From positions 33,604,001-33,668,000 of the forward strand of contig OX597820.1 in the NCBI GenBank assembly GCA_951406725.2: 64,000 nucleotides of DNA, in the 5' to 3' direction. Positions 37,695 through 51,830 of this stretch are shown in pieces. Made by a program: the position numbers and the translations under genes. This stretch comes from Octopus vulgaris. Its lineage: Eukaryota. A model generated the notes under the pieces. It had not been told where the DNA came from. It saw only the letters and a list, made by a program, of their open reading frames with translations, and did no database searches. Within the stretch, counting starts at the first letter, position 1, and each line of letters opens with the position of its first letter.

Positions 37695-39136
37695 CCTTAC
37701 CGTACCTTACCTTACACCTGTATACTGTCTCCTTAATTTTGCAGTTAGATTCAAGCGAACATAATCTATTGGTTGCACAATCACATTCTTTATCTCTAAC
37801 TCTATTTTTTATATATTCTTTTCCTCCCAGATTATTTATATTCTTATGTTTGCTCCGTATATCTTCTAATTTACATTCCCTTTTTAATTTTCATAAATTT
37901 TAATATCACATTCCAATATATTATTATTCACAATATCTTTATGATTTTTGTCTGAAGTCTTTCAATATAATGTCTGGCCTGTTCGCATCTATCTTTCTGT
38001 CAGTTTGAACGGTGAAGTTCCTGAGCTGTGAGATGTGATCATTTTCAAGCACTGGAGATGGTTTGTGTTCCCACCAGTTTTATCATGGGACACGTCTAGG
38101 TTTTTGCAAATTACCCAGTGAATATATTGTACTGTTCTATCATGCCTGTTGAGATACTCTATAGGCACAAAAAGACTGCATCTGGAGATATGATAAATAG
38201 TTTCATTTTGTTGTTGAGATACACGACATGTTGGGCTACTGTCGTGATTTAATATGTTGGCCTGTAGTTCCTTCTAGATAGGAATTGATCTTGGGCTGCT
38301 ATGATAAACCCTTCTGTTTCTGATTTTAAGCCAGAAGACACTAACCATTGGTGGGTAAGGGCTTTGTCGACATCGGCATTATTAGCTCTCTTTTGGGTAT
38401 TTGCCATTGAGAGGTTTTTCTTGCCATTTATCAGTAAGAATTTCTAAGGCAGCAGTAGTAGCACGGGTTTTAATACTCTTAGCTTTTTCTGTGCTTGTTG
38501 TTTGTAGTACGTCTAATTCTGGGATTTGTCGTATTTGGAATTCCACTTAGATATTCCTTTGCCTGTTGTGTTACTAAGTGGGACGCTTCCTTGTTTTCAT
38601 GCTTTAAGACAAGTTTTAACATCCAGTCATCAGAGTTTTTCGGGTAGGTGTTTTAGCCAGCTGTGGCAATCTTCATTGTTAATTCCAGTTGTAAAAGTCC
38701 ACGGCCACCCTCTTTTCTTGGCAGGTAAAGTCGTTCTATATCTGCCTTTGGGTGGTGCATTCTATGCATTGTCAGCAATTTTCGTATTTTCTGTAAAGCT
38801 TACATATTTCAGTAATTGACCAGTTAATGATATTGAAACTGTATGTTACGACCGGTATGGCTAAAGTATTAATCGCTCTGATCATGTTTCTTGCATTCAG
38901 CTGTCTTGAACATTGCCCTTACCCTGCGATAACATTCTCTTCTGATCGTTTCCCTCGTCACTGAATGTTAGATTCCATCCCCTAAAATACCCCTAGGTAT
39001 TTGTAGCTCTCCGCTGGTTCTAACTCCTTTATGACATTCTGCTGGTCATGATTAACGTTGGATGTTATCACTGAATTGTTTAACAATTGCTAATAAGCCC
39101 TGTAGTTGTTGGTCATTTTTTGCAGAGAGCTTTAAA

Positions 39137-39824
39137 TCATCCATGTAAAAGAGATTATTTATATTTTATCAAACACTAGCAGTATTGCCCGGCTCGTGCG
39201 CTCGTGCGTTCTATGCACGCGCGAATTAAGCTAAACTTGGATGAAGTTCAATCAAAATTCAATTATTTTGGTTTTAGAATCAAGCATTTAATGCCCTCTA
39301 TTTTTGCGCTTATGTGTTCCATTTCCTCAATAGGAAAACGAAGAAGCGTTTCATAAATTTTTGTTGATCAAATAATTGCATTGTTGAATTATTCTTTTAG
39401 ATCAGTATTTCTCAACGGGGATTTCAGGGGATTTCAGGGAGTCGCTGGCGATATATCGTGATGATCAAATATCCGGCCAGTCATCCATGTAAAAGAGATG
39501 ATTTATATTTTATCAAACACTAGCAGTATTGCCCGGCTCGTGCGCTCGTGCGTTCTATGCACGCGCGAATTAAGCTAAACTTGGATGAAGTTCAATCAAA
39601 ATTCAATTATTTTGGTTTTAAAATCAAGCATTTAATGCCCTCTATTTTTGCGCTTATGTGTTCCATTTCCTCAATAGGAAAACGAAGAAGCGTTTCACAA
39701 ATTTTTGTTGATCAAATAATTGCATTGTTGAATTATTCTTTTAGATCAGTATTTCTCAACGGGGATTTCAGGGGGTTTCAGGGAATCGCTGGCGATATAT
39801 CGTGATGATCAAATATCCGGCCAG
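39137..39824. repeat. 344-bp tandem duplication (39137-39480 / 39481-39824)
   Basis: Near-identical copies spanning the LINE/Helitron junction. Confidence 0.92.
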
Positions 39825-40353
39825 CTAAAATTTGGTTAAAGTGATTCAAACTGCAGACTCAACGCAAAATGGTCACATTTAATTCAAAGCGTTAAAAATG
39901 TTATGAAAACAATTGGTATGTGTTCACAAAGTCCAAACGATTAATACGAAAAAACCCTCCAGGCTACATCCCGAAAATTAATTTTATTGCCGAATTTCTA
40001 CAATGTTTACGGCGATTCGTTTTTATATCTTGATTTTTTTTATTTTTCATGCAATTTACGCATGCTTGCACGCGTGGTGAACACAGTTCACGTCAAACAG
40101 CTTACTGAGTAAAGTTCCCTATTCAATGCATGGGATAAGGCCTAAACAAACACATTATCGATTTTTGCACTTGCGAGATGAATTTCGGAACAGAAATAGC
40201 GCAGTTCAATATTCATTCGCCTAAACTTTAAGTGACCCATCTTTGGTGGTTCTACGATTTGTTGGCTAGGAGGAGATGTGCCGGGAAGTTAAACACACAG
40301 ACACACACACAGATATACACACAGACACACAAGTTGAGTTTTATATATATAGA
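39520..40353 (-). mobile_element. Non-autonomous Helitron (5'-TC ... CTAG-3'), inserted between host A and T without TSD
   Basis: Removing it rejoins the LINE RT sequence (caatatggctacaaaa|tgtttgataaa, QYGYKMFDK, just upstream of HLFYMDD). GC-rich subterminal segment beside CTAG. Confidence 0.85.
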
Positions 40354-41796
40354 TTTTGTAGCCATATTGAACATCATCGAACAATTTCGAGAGAGTTATT
40401 AAGGTTAGACAAAAGAAGAGTAGTGATAGAGAGTCACCCTGGAAAATGCCACATGAAATTCTTACATTTCCAACATTAAGAGATTCATTGTCACTGTTCA
40501 AAGTCAGTGTGGTTCTCCATGACCTCACACTTACAGACAAGACGTTTCGCAGAGTAGGCGTTATTTTATACATTTCCAAACATTTCTTAATCCAGCTATA
40601 TGTTAGACTATCAAAAACTTATTTTATAGTCTACCCAGGCTTTCAATAAGCTTTTGTGACGTTAGGGACAATCTTCCAAGATCATCTTATTGATGAGTAG
40701 CTGATCTTTACAACCATAGTACCCACGTTTACATCCTTTTTGCTCATTAGGGAATATGCCACTTCCTATTAAAAAACTATAGGTACATTCAGTCATGACA
40801 GATCTTAGTATTTTATACACTGTTGTTAAGCAGATTAGGGGTCAAAAAATTTTTTGGTTCATTTCTTTCTTCATTTTTTGGGAAGTAAGAATGTAACACC
40901 ATTCACTATCCACGAGGGAATTATACTCGTTTGTTGCAAAACATTGTTATAAAGTTTTGTTAGCAGTTGATGACTCTCTGGGAAGGTATTCAACCAGAAG
41001 TTAGGAATTTTATCCTTTCCTGGAGACTTCCATTTGCATGACTTCCTGAAAGCAGATCTTACATCCTCTACCTTGATACCTTCCCACTTTTGCTCTTCTA
41101 AGGAGTCTAAGTCAGTAGATAGTCTATCAATCCAAGGGGCCTTTTTATTGTGTGATATTTCTTCTGCCCAAATTTTATTCCAGACTTCCTGCACTTCTTT
41201 TTGATGGGACAGACTTTACTGTGAATAGTATTTTCCCTATCAGTAAAAAGTTTGGGGTTTATTTTTGAACATGTTGTCCTTGAAGAAACTAAAGCGCTTT
41301 TCATACCGTGCTATGTGGGCAGCTTTAGCACATACCTTTTGCTTGATAGTTTCTATGGTGGTATCGATGGAAGGAATTCCAACCACGTTTCGTGGTTCGC
41401 TAGCTCAACAGCTCCTTTATAAGATCCAATGGCTAAAGACATCATTAGGAGGAACCACGCCCGGTTTCGAGTCCTACTCCTCTACCATTTTCGACGTGGC
41501 GGAACCTCACTTTCGGAGGTGTCTTCAGCTCTGGTGTTGAGTGCGTTTCTTCTTTCTCCTTTTTTTTCCTTCTGTTCTTTGGTTTCTTCGATGCAGCGTC
41601 GACGAATGTCAGCGGATGACTGACCATCCTGCCAAATTTCCCCTTAAATACTCGCCAGTAGACACCAGTAGCCAGCACAAGCTAACTATCACATGACACT
41701 GTCTAAGTTTCAACTGACCAATGGAGGTGAAGGGCGCGTAGTTTTAGTCCGCGCCCTCTCTAAACCTGCTTTCTAATAGTGTCGTGTTAATTTCAG

Positions 41797-41935
41797 TTTG
41801 TAATTTTTTCAAGACTTATACACGCCCTGATACCGTCGGTATCTACATATCAAATTTGAGCGCAATCGGATGGAGGATGCCCGAGATCCTAGAAGACACA
41901 CACACAGACAGACAGAACGGATTTTATATAATAGA
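41797..41935 (-). mobile_element. Helitron-like 5' end (second family), also at about 49866-50000
   Basis: About 140-bp shared sequence ending acagacagaacggattttatataataga (minus-strand 5'-TC). Confidence 0.55.
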
Positions 41936-42862
41936 TATATATATAAAGAGAGGGAGGAATAGCTTCAGTTATTTCCGTGCTGGTCGAAAAACATAGATGA
42001 TTTAACGAAAACACCTATAATTCACCTTGATACGAATACAAGCTCAGTGATAGTGCTGAGGAAGGTACACTTGATAAGTTTAAATTAAATTATTTTTTGA
42101 AAAATTGATTTATTTAATTTCCAAGTTAAACCCGAAACTATAGTACACGATTAACTAACAGTAATTTTGTTAAAAAATTGTTTTGTTCGTCTCGCCCCCT
42201 ACTTTGAAGGGGGTTAAATGACGAATTGTTATGTGCTGTAGTTTTTTTTTTTTTTATAACAGCAGTCCCGAAACGGAAAATGACACAGAAGACGTAGACA
42301 TGCATGTCCTCCATCAGTTTTCAGGCAAAAATAATCACAATTTCATGCTATTACCGATAAACTTGTTCATTTTGGTGGCGTCAATATGGATACATCCATC
42401 CATCCATCCATCCATCCATCCATCCATCCATCCATACATACATACATACATACATACATACATACATACATACATACATACATGCATGCATGCATGCATG
42501 CATGCATACATGCATGCATGCATGCATACATACATACATACATACATACATACATACATACATACATACATACATACATACATACATACATACATACATA
42601 CATGCGTCCAAACAAAAACACCCTGTTGTTGCTAAAATTCCAATGAAAGTGCCTTGGATCTAGGTTAGAAACCGGTGCTTTCTCTATTGGCAAGAAATCT
42701 TAAAATAAACTGAATAATGACATACATACATACACACCTACACATACATACATACATACATACACACACACATGCATACTTACGTGCATATCTTTTACTT
42801 GTTTCAGTCGTTGGACTATAGACATGCTGGGACACCTCACTTTGTATATGTGTGTATGTATG

Positions 42863-42915
<53 letters not shown>

Positions 42916-42962
42916 TTCTTTATTGGCCACACAGGGCTGCACACGGATAGATAGATAGATAA

Positions 42963-43064
<102 letters not shown>

Positions 43065-43282
43065 TATGTCATAAGAATTTAGAAAATTCAACTGACGTGA
43101 AGCAAATCATTTTAAAAATGGAACGCGTAGATAAAGCTATAAATGAAAGTATGTAGTAGTGTGTGTGGGGGGGGGGTTAGATCAGACGAATAAGAGAGTA
43201 TTGCTCAGTACAAGTTGCAGAAGATATGGGTTAATTTCCATTCATTCAAACTGAAACTGAAGCTTTGTCTCGTTACTAGAGT

Positions 43283-43326
43283 TTCACACCTGAAGAACAT
43301 AGTAACGCGGAAATCGAGTCGTGAAG
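43283..43326 (+). ncRNA. Degenerate minimal hammerhead-like motif
   Basis: cac-CTGAAGA-acatagtaacgcg-GAAA-tcga-GTC-gtg. Stems II and III are imperfect. Confidence 0.4.
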
Positions 43327-44591
43327 CAAATATTCAGATTCAGTAAAAGAAAATGCATATATGTGTGTGCATATGAGTATATAGGCAGTTTTTTTTTTTT
43401 TTTTAAATTATAAAGAATATAAAACATGACAGCGTTTACACTAAAGACGGTGTCAACACAAAATATAAAGGCAATTATATAAGCCTGTTGCAAGGAGGAA
43501 AAGGAGTGCCGAAAACATATATCTGAACATAAACAATAAAGAGGTGTAGGTGGGTAAAAGGTTCTACGGGTTGATAGGCAGGGAGAATTAGCAAAAATTA
43601 ATGAAGGGATTATTGCTGGAAGCTGGAAGGAAACTAACTTCAAGGTACTGGTATATGCGTATGTGCAGCATAAGGGTAACTACTGTGCAATTGTGGAATC
43701 TTCAAGCGGAAATATAAATACTAACCGTTCAGAAATATAAATCTTCTCTTGATTTTTTTTCTCTTCAAATTTCAAATGATTCACCGGCTTCATTTTCCTT
43801 TTCTTAATCATTCTTATTTTTAGGGCTTATTTTCCTTAAATTTCTTCTCTGTCTGGACCAATTCTCGATGTTGAAGAATTTAAAAGAAAAGTAGCTACAG
43901 TATTTACTATAAATTCTTTCTTCTTACCAGAAAATCAACAGAGATTTCTCTATTTTTTTCACCTTTTTTTATTCGTTCAATTTATTTTTTCAATTGAAGA
44001 CCATCTTTAAAAAATTCCTCTCGTCATTTTCTTTAATAATTTTATTTTTAAAATGACACATTCTAGTTAAATACAAATGTAACCGTGGTTTCTGATATTA
44101 ATATAAGACCATAAACTATCGAGAGTTGGTATGGTGGGTTTAACTGGTTGCAGTACATGACTGGTACTGTGTCGTATACACTCTTTCACAGATGGATAAA
44201 ATTCCCAAAACAGAGAACTGCAAATGATACAACTAAATACTGTAAGATATTTTGTGGGTTCTAAGCCTTCATTTATTGTAATGTGTGGTCACATCTGTTA
44301 CATGGGTTTCCTTTTTGTTTTTCAAGGGTTTATGTGTTTTGTATGTAATGAGGTCTGTTGTGATGTTTTCCTCTTTCGTGAATGTAGGGTTTATCGTTAT
44401 TGTATATGAGCTTACCAAAATATTTTTAAAAAATAGAAAGTGTTGGAATGGGGTAACTCGGCTATTATAGCAGACAGCAAAAAGAGGAAAACAAACCTTA
44501 GTATCTCATGAATTAGTTAACAGAAAACATCTGGACAATAAAAACACACCATATACATAAATATAAATCATATCACAGATGGGCTGAGGTT

Positions 44592-44670
44592 CACTACAGC
44601 TGTTTCAGACGTGTTCTTTATTGATGAACAAAACAATTATGTCAATTAAAAAAGACGTTTTCTTCAAGCG
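44592..44670 (-). ncRNA. Hammerhead-like motif with extended stem II
   Basis: cgc-TTGAAGA-aaacgtcttt...aaagaacacgtct-GAAA-cagctg-TA-gtg, with palindromic stem III ACAGCTGT. Confidence 0.5.
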
Positions 44671-44934
44671 AATTAAGAGTAAAATTTAACATTTACGATT
44701 TTTCAGTGTCATATCAGCGTTGTTATATCAAAATTCAAAATGTAAAGTAACCATATTACTAAATAGTAAATATAAAATAATTACAATCAGACCTATACCC
44801 AATTCAGGCAGACACCTTATCTCCTCTACGCTTTTGCCAAGCTTTGATCTCATTAATAAACTTGCTGAATGAAAATAGATACATATAGTTATATATGGAA
44901 ATGAAAATTTATCAGTATAAAAATGTGTATTGTT

Positions 44935-45265
44935 TTATTTGCTTCAGTCATTTTGACTGCAGCCATGCTGGAGCACTGCCTTTAGTCGAACAAATCAACC
45001 CCAGGACATATTCTTTGTAATAAGTCCTGTACTTATTCTATCGGTCTCCTTTCTACAACGCTAAGTTACAGGGACATAAACACACCAGCATCGGTTGTCA
45101 AGCGATGATGGGACAAACACAGACGTACACATACACACACACAGGTCTTCTTTCAGTTTCTGTCTATCAAATCCACTCACAAGGCTTTGGGCGTCTCGAG
45201 GCTATAGTAGAAGACACTTGCCAAAGGTGCCACGCAGTGGGACTGAACCCGGAACCATGTGGTTG
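44935..45265 (-). mobile_element. SINE family 1
   Basis: Reverse-complement match to the other copies. Confidence 0.8.
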
Positions 45266-45344
45266 CCAATGTCCATAATAATAGAAGAGTAACATAACCT
45301 AATTACATAATAATGGATTATAAAGTGACCTACGTGGATAATAA

Positions 45345-45542
45345 TCCTTTCTACTATAGGTACAAGGGCTGGAATTTGTGGGTTGGGGGACTAGTCGATT
45401 ACATCGACCTCAGTGTTTCACTGGTTACTTAATTTGAAAGGCAAAGTCGACCTCGGCTAAATTTGAACTCAGAACGTAGCGACGGGCGAAATAACGCTAA
45501 GCATTTCGACCGGCGTGCTAGCGATTCTGCCAGCTCGCCGTC
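45345..45542 (-). mobile_element. SINE family 2
   Basis: Reverse complement of the 51831-52210 head (ggcgagctggcagaatcg..gttcaaatt). Confidence 0.75.
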
Positions 45543-46582
45543 TTGCCGGACCGGGCTGTGTATTGTGCTCTTGAGCAAGACACTTTATTTCACCTTGCTC
45601 AAGTTCACACAGCTGTAGAAATGGGTTGCGACGTCACAGGTGCCAAGCTGTATCGGCTGTTGCCTTTCCCTTGGATAACACTGGTGGCGTGGAGAGGGGG
45701 GCGGTATGCATGGGCGACTGCTGGTCTACCATAAACAACCTTGCCCGGACTTGTGCCTGGGATGGTAACATTCTAGGTGCAATCCCATGGTCTTTGTCGA
45801 GACCGAAGGGGGTATCAGAATTATTTTAGTGAACTGAAATTTGGAAAATGAAAGGCAAGTTCGAGGTTTTAATGTTGTTCTTTGTTTGCTTGTCGGTTTG
45901 TTTTCTATTTTTCTCAGTTTGAGAACATTAAACTAAGCAACCTACCGCATATTAATTCATGGTTCAACCACTGACACAATACTGTTACTGATCAATAGGA
46001 TTGAATAGAAGATTTACTCACCTCTTCTGAAGGTCTTTTGGTGTTCGCAAATTTTTCTGAAGAAGGGGAAAACAAGAAGAAGAAGAAAAAGAGAAATTAA
46101 AGGTGAGTCACATGAAAATAACAGCGACATTAAATTCATTCACTCTATAATACAATAAGTAACATGCCACAGACTGTATGAATTCATTAACTTCTACATT
46201 TATTGCAAAACAAGGGGGAGACGAGGTTTCGATCTGCTTTATCTCCTTCACCTTCATTATACATGGGACCACTCTTGATAATCCTCACAGTTATACAAAT
46301 TATACACTTTCTTTCTCTCGGTGGAGCCTGTCTTTGATGAGGAGGCTTTCTAACACCGAAATAAACCTGACACCGTCTCCCTTAGATGCATAAATATTTA
46401 AAATAAACATTAGGCCATTGAACAACTTGTAATAACTTAACCAACATCAACTTATATGTAAAACATGTTAGCTCTTTGGTGCTCACTATATTCAATATGT
46501 TCATAGTACTTTCACTATTATTCGTCATATAATTGGTATTTCTCAGTAACTGACTTCATCGTTGATATATATATAATTTAAA

Positions 46583-46769
46583 ATTAAATTAATCAAAGGA
46601 CATACTATATATGTCTACTTGCTGGAAATAACAGTCAAAACTCTTATTTAAATTGCCAAAATACACTGATAATAACTATTATCAGTGTATTTTGGCGATA
46701 TAAATAATAGATTTGACTGTTATTTCCAGGAGGTAGACATACTTAGTATGTCCTTTGATTAATTTTAAT
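46583..46769. repeat. About 90-bp-arm hairpin/MITE-like palindrome
   Basis: aattaatcaaaggacatact...ccaaaatacactgataata-ac-tattatcagtgtattttgg...agtatgtcctttgattaatt. Confidence 0.8.
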
Positions 46770-46938
46770 CCTTCAACTATTTAATGCTTTTTGGGGGCCT
46801 GCAATCACCTATATTATTGTTTCTGTTATTGCCATTTTTAAACTGTTACAGTAGATAATAATAGAGTCAATGATATCTTCGCAAATTATTTTCCCGTGTA
46901 TTATGTTTTTTCTTATGAATTATTTGTTCCGTATTGAA

Positions 46939-47047
<109 letters not shown>

Positions 47048-47569
47048 TTATATATAAACCAAGAGGCTCTGTAACTGGAAGAAATTCGAAGAAGTTATCG
47101 TCCATGCATTACACCCAAGACATACAGCATTGATGGTGATACCCTTGTAACTGATCTAGAAACTTCAGGATGGAAAAGCACCTGGAAGAAACTTCCACCG
47201 ACCATGTTTTATCAACCTGTACCAGCAAGCTCTCAGTGAACAACTTGTACCAGCAAGTCTTCAGTAGCATACTGAGACAAACTAGATACCTGTAACTTTC
47301 TTCAACAGTCAAGTCATTGATGGAGGTATTGCTAGTCTGGTTTACAGTTTTCCTTTTTTTCACAACCATATAGTAACTTTTCAGAATTTTTCATTTAAGT
47401 ATATATGAGCATTCTAAATATGCAAGTATATGCATGATGAGAATACATACATAAAACAAAACATACAAATCTGCACATGTACATATATATACATGCATGT
47501 ATACATAAATATGTACATACAAGCATGCATACATACGTAAGACTCGAAAAGTACTAAAAAACACACATA

Positions 47570-48885
47570 ATTTCCACATAAACAGTGACGTAGACCGCCT
47601 CTGCCTAAAACGAAATCAAGGTGGCAGAGGCTTAACATCGATCCAAAATGCCTTTGAATGTGGCATCATATCTCTTCAACAACATCTTTTAACCACCAAG
47701 TGTCGAAGTGCATCCCTTGACTAAGTTTGAATACATCATAAGACTCGGAAGGCAGCTCCATAAGCAACCATCTTTGTCTGATAAACTAGAATACAAGCCC
47801 AAAGAAGTCGTACGACTCTACCGTATCACTAGATGAAAAGATAAGCCTATATTGGCAGAAGACTATGCATGGCTATGTTAGTAGAAGCTCCGTGATGATA
47901 GTAACATCGAACATCAAAGCAGTTTATCATGGACCAATAGCTGGATTATTACCTCCCACTTTGAAGGGTATGCGTCTGCAATCCAGGAACAGGAAATATC
48001 AACCAAGTACCTGATGCGCAAGAGGGATAGAGATGCAGGAAAAGCAGTAAAATGTAACAACCAATGCAGACTTTGTGGAGTTCACACTGAAGATAAGCAT
48101 TTGTCCGAAGATGTCATCACAATATTATCTACTGATGAGACATGATGTTGTAGCTAGGACACTCTATAATGAAATCCGTCGGAAGGATAATCCCGAGGAC
48201 ATAGAAATGAGAACCGACAATATGGTAGAGGCAATGACCACACATGATATAAAAGAATACTGCTAGAATGTCCCAGTGAAGACCTCGATAAAATGTAAGC
48301 ACAACAGACTTGATACAATGATTTGGGATAGAAAAGAAAAACTGTGCACAGTTGCGGAAATTAGCTGCTCAGCGGATGTTAACATAAAGCTGAAGATCAG
48401 TGAAAAAGAGAACACCTATGCTGAACTATAGAGGAATCTCCAGTTACTCTATCCAGATTACAAGTTCAGGTTTATTGAGGCCCTGGGATATGTAACACAC
48501 TGCCTAAATACTAATCTTGAGGAAAACCAGAAATGAGAAAGTTAATTCAAAGACTACAGATCCAATCCATCACTGGAACTGTAAAAATCTGTAAAACCTT
48601 CCAGAAGTTTATCATTTAAATATATATGAGCATGTTTACATATGCAATTATGTGTATGAGAATACATACATAAAGCATACAAATCTGCACATACATACAT
48701 ACATACATGCATTCATACATACATACATACATACATACATACATACATACATACATACATACATACATACATACGAAAATACCTTGTGGTTGGTGTTGAA
48801 ATTCCAATGAAGGAGCTTTGGATCTAACTTAGAAACCGGTTCTTTCTCTTTTTGGCAAGAAATCTTGAAATAAACTGAATAATGT
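47570..48885 (+). mobile_element. RLE-type LINE 3' portion with (TACA)n-containing 3' UTR
   Basis: AIQEQEISTKY, CRLCG, RHDVVAR and HNR.D motifs. 3' UTR copies also at about 42370-42720 (+), 47380-47540 (+) and 58930-59420 (-). Confidence 0.75.
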
Positions 48886-49993
48886 CGTACATGCATGTAT
48901 GCATACATTGGGGAAAAAAACATTTATTGATAACTGAAGAGAAAAATACAGTTCTTATATCCTGGATACAGATTTTCATTTGTCCATTTGTTCATAGGTG
49001 CACTGGGCTACGTAACAACATAGGCCCTTACAAATTTGAAAGTGGCATAGGCCGCTTACAAATGCTTGTGTTCTCCAAAAGAAAAAAAAAAAGAAGACTG
49101 GTTCTTATTCTTCGGATACACTCGGTCAGTTAAGCGGTGAAAATTTGTAAGATATTTCAAAGATTCTTCATTTGAAACCCCTGGGTGAATATATGCACAC
49201 AATTACATTTACATATCGAGTACATATACAACCACACACATAAAGTAATGAAATATAGACACTTTTATTGTAGTATGTACACTCTCGAATGCAAGGTTAA
49301 TCAAACGCACACACATAGATACACCATTCACGTATATGCGCACACATCATCCAATTCAGCTAATCGCACGCCTCAAGAGGTGTATTGTCATGACTCAAAT
49401 ACTATGAGAGTGACCCGTTTGAATTCTTTGAAGAAAAAGCTGAAAATAAATCCCTAAAAAAACATACAGATGTAAAACAACCTACATACGTGTACGTTGT
49501 TTTGAGTACATATATATATATATATATATATATGAGCAAAACGCCCCCGTCCAATGGACGGTGCTGAGTTGTCAAATATTTAAACCAAATCTTCTCAAAA
49601 CAACTTGTCCGACCGTCCCATAGGCATCCCCTTTGAGAAACACTGATTTAACTTAAATTTGAGAACACCAGCAAAAGAAGAAATCAAGATAGACTTCTTT
49701 TCTATTCCAACGAAAAACGATTTTATTCACACAAATATGCAACCGAAGAGTTTAAAGTACCAGTAATGATAAGGCTGTTGACTGGGAGAACACAAACATG
49801 GTTTAATCAGTAAGGTTGGCACGTTCCCACGGCTTTATCAATCGCATTCTTACCAGGAATCGATTTTTGTAATTTTTTCAAAACTTATACACGCCTTGAT
49901 AACGTCGGTATCTACATATCAAATTTGAGCGCAATCGGATGGAGGATGCCCGAGATCCTAGAAGCCACAGACACACATAGACAGAACGGATTT

Positions 49994-50053
<60 letters not shown>

Positions 50054-50715
50054 GTAAGCGATTATATGTTCGTGAGGATGTGCGTACAATCATATTTGCG
50101 CGTGCTTGTGTGCATATATTTTTTCATTTGTTTGAGTGCGTACGTGTTTAAGTTTGTGTGTAAGTGGCTGGGTGTAGACGTGTGTCTACATATATATAAC
50201 GATTTATTATTCATGAGAGAAGCAATTTGTTTAATTTTGCTTGTTTATATTTTCTTCTTTTTTTTTGTTCCAGCTGTAGATTTCATTTCTTATAGTCTTT
50301 CTCTTCTTAGTTCAGGATTCTTTAGGTCACATGACACACACACACACACACACATCCAAACACACACACAGACAAACACACACACACACATACGGACACC
50401 TGTACATACAAGATATGCAAATACACGCATGCCCATGACTAACACGCGCACATCCAACACATGTATAACAAGATTGCTAACACACACATACACACGTGTA
50501 CACACATACGAGCGTGTAACTATATGCAAACAGTCACAACACCCACGCTAAACTCGCCACAAAACAACACACAGGCACACATACCCATGTGTATACCCAT
50601 TTATACATACACTCACACGCGCACACTCACACATTCATACACATACACGTACACACACATGCAAAGAGAAACCCGAACATACACATAGACACAAAAAAAT
50701 ATATACACGCATATA

Positions 50716-51104
50716 CTCTTTTACTTGTTTCAGGCATGTGGGTGTGGCCATGTTGGAGCACCGCTTTTAGTTGAGCGAGTCGACCCCAGGACTTGTTCTT
50801 TGTAAGCCTAGTACTTATTCTATCGGGGTCTTTTGCCGAACCGCTACATTACGGGGACGTAAACACACCATCATCGGTTGTCAAGCGATGTTGGGGGCAC
50901 AAACACAAACACACAAACACATACATATATATATATATACATATACATATATAAAACGGGATTCTTTCAGTTTCTGTCTACCAAATCCACTCACAAGGCA
51001 TTGGTCGGCCCGAGGCTATAGTAGAAGACACTTGCCCAAGGTGCCACGCAGTGGGACTGAACCCAGAACTATGTGGTTGGTAAGCAAGCTACTTACCACA
51101 CAGC
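50716..51104 (-). mobile_element. SINE family 1
   Basis: Reverse-complement match to the other copies. Confidence 0.8.
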
Positions 51105-51774
51105 CAATAAATCACAAACGTAAGGGACCCTTTTACCTTGTTGCTTGGCCTGTTAAAAATTGCAACTAAATCTTTGTCAAAATGCACACAACCAGCTTTT
51201 AAAAATAAAGAACACACAGGATAACGTAACCTATAATAAAATTATTTGATGGTCACGGCAAGAACGCCTTTTCATCACAGGTCTTAGCAACGAGGACTGG
51301 CCTAGAGACAAATAACAACAACAGCGACAACACACGCAGAAGTCACTCGATCTGCAAGAAATAGCAGCCAAATCTTCAATTATCTAATCCTACTGTCTTA
51401 AAAAAAACAGAGAAGAGCACATGGGATGATGAATGCAGTTCTATATATTCAAAAAGGGATATGGTAACGGCTGGAAAGCTTTTAATCATACAACTGCCTA
51501 ATAAGAGCCGATCTGGAGCTAAACGTTGCTACAACCACCGACAACAACAGCAATTCTTTCTACTGAAGGCACAAGGCCTTGAAATTTGCGGGGAGGGGAC
51601 CAGTCGATTACAACAACAATAACAATAATAACAGCAGTAATGCGAGGTAAGGAGAGAGCTTGTCTAAAACAACACCCATACCTCTATCAATACATTCGAT
51701 TTGGGCCACCTTTTAGGTGACAATAGATGTTGTGCTGCAGGTATGGTGACCCTACAATTATCAAAGAATGACTA

Positions 51775-51828
<54 letters not shown>

Positions 51829-51830
51829 AA

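Larger units (their letters stand above)
37700..41330 (-). mobile_element. Decayed RLE-type (R2/R4/Dong-like) non-LTR retrotransposon, interrupted by a Helitron
   Basis: WKSPGKDKIPNFWL, GIFQGDSLS, HLFYMDDLKL (about 39130-39155), CRV..ETI.HIISRC knuckle (about 38170-38235), PDIILKD nuclease motif (about 37960). Confidence 0.85.

Noticed and set aside
46325-46375. TTGATGA...GAAA hammerhead-like motif (similar weak case at about 31175-31225)
   Set aside because: Stem III and cleavage triplet cannot be formed, so it is too degenerate to call.
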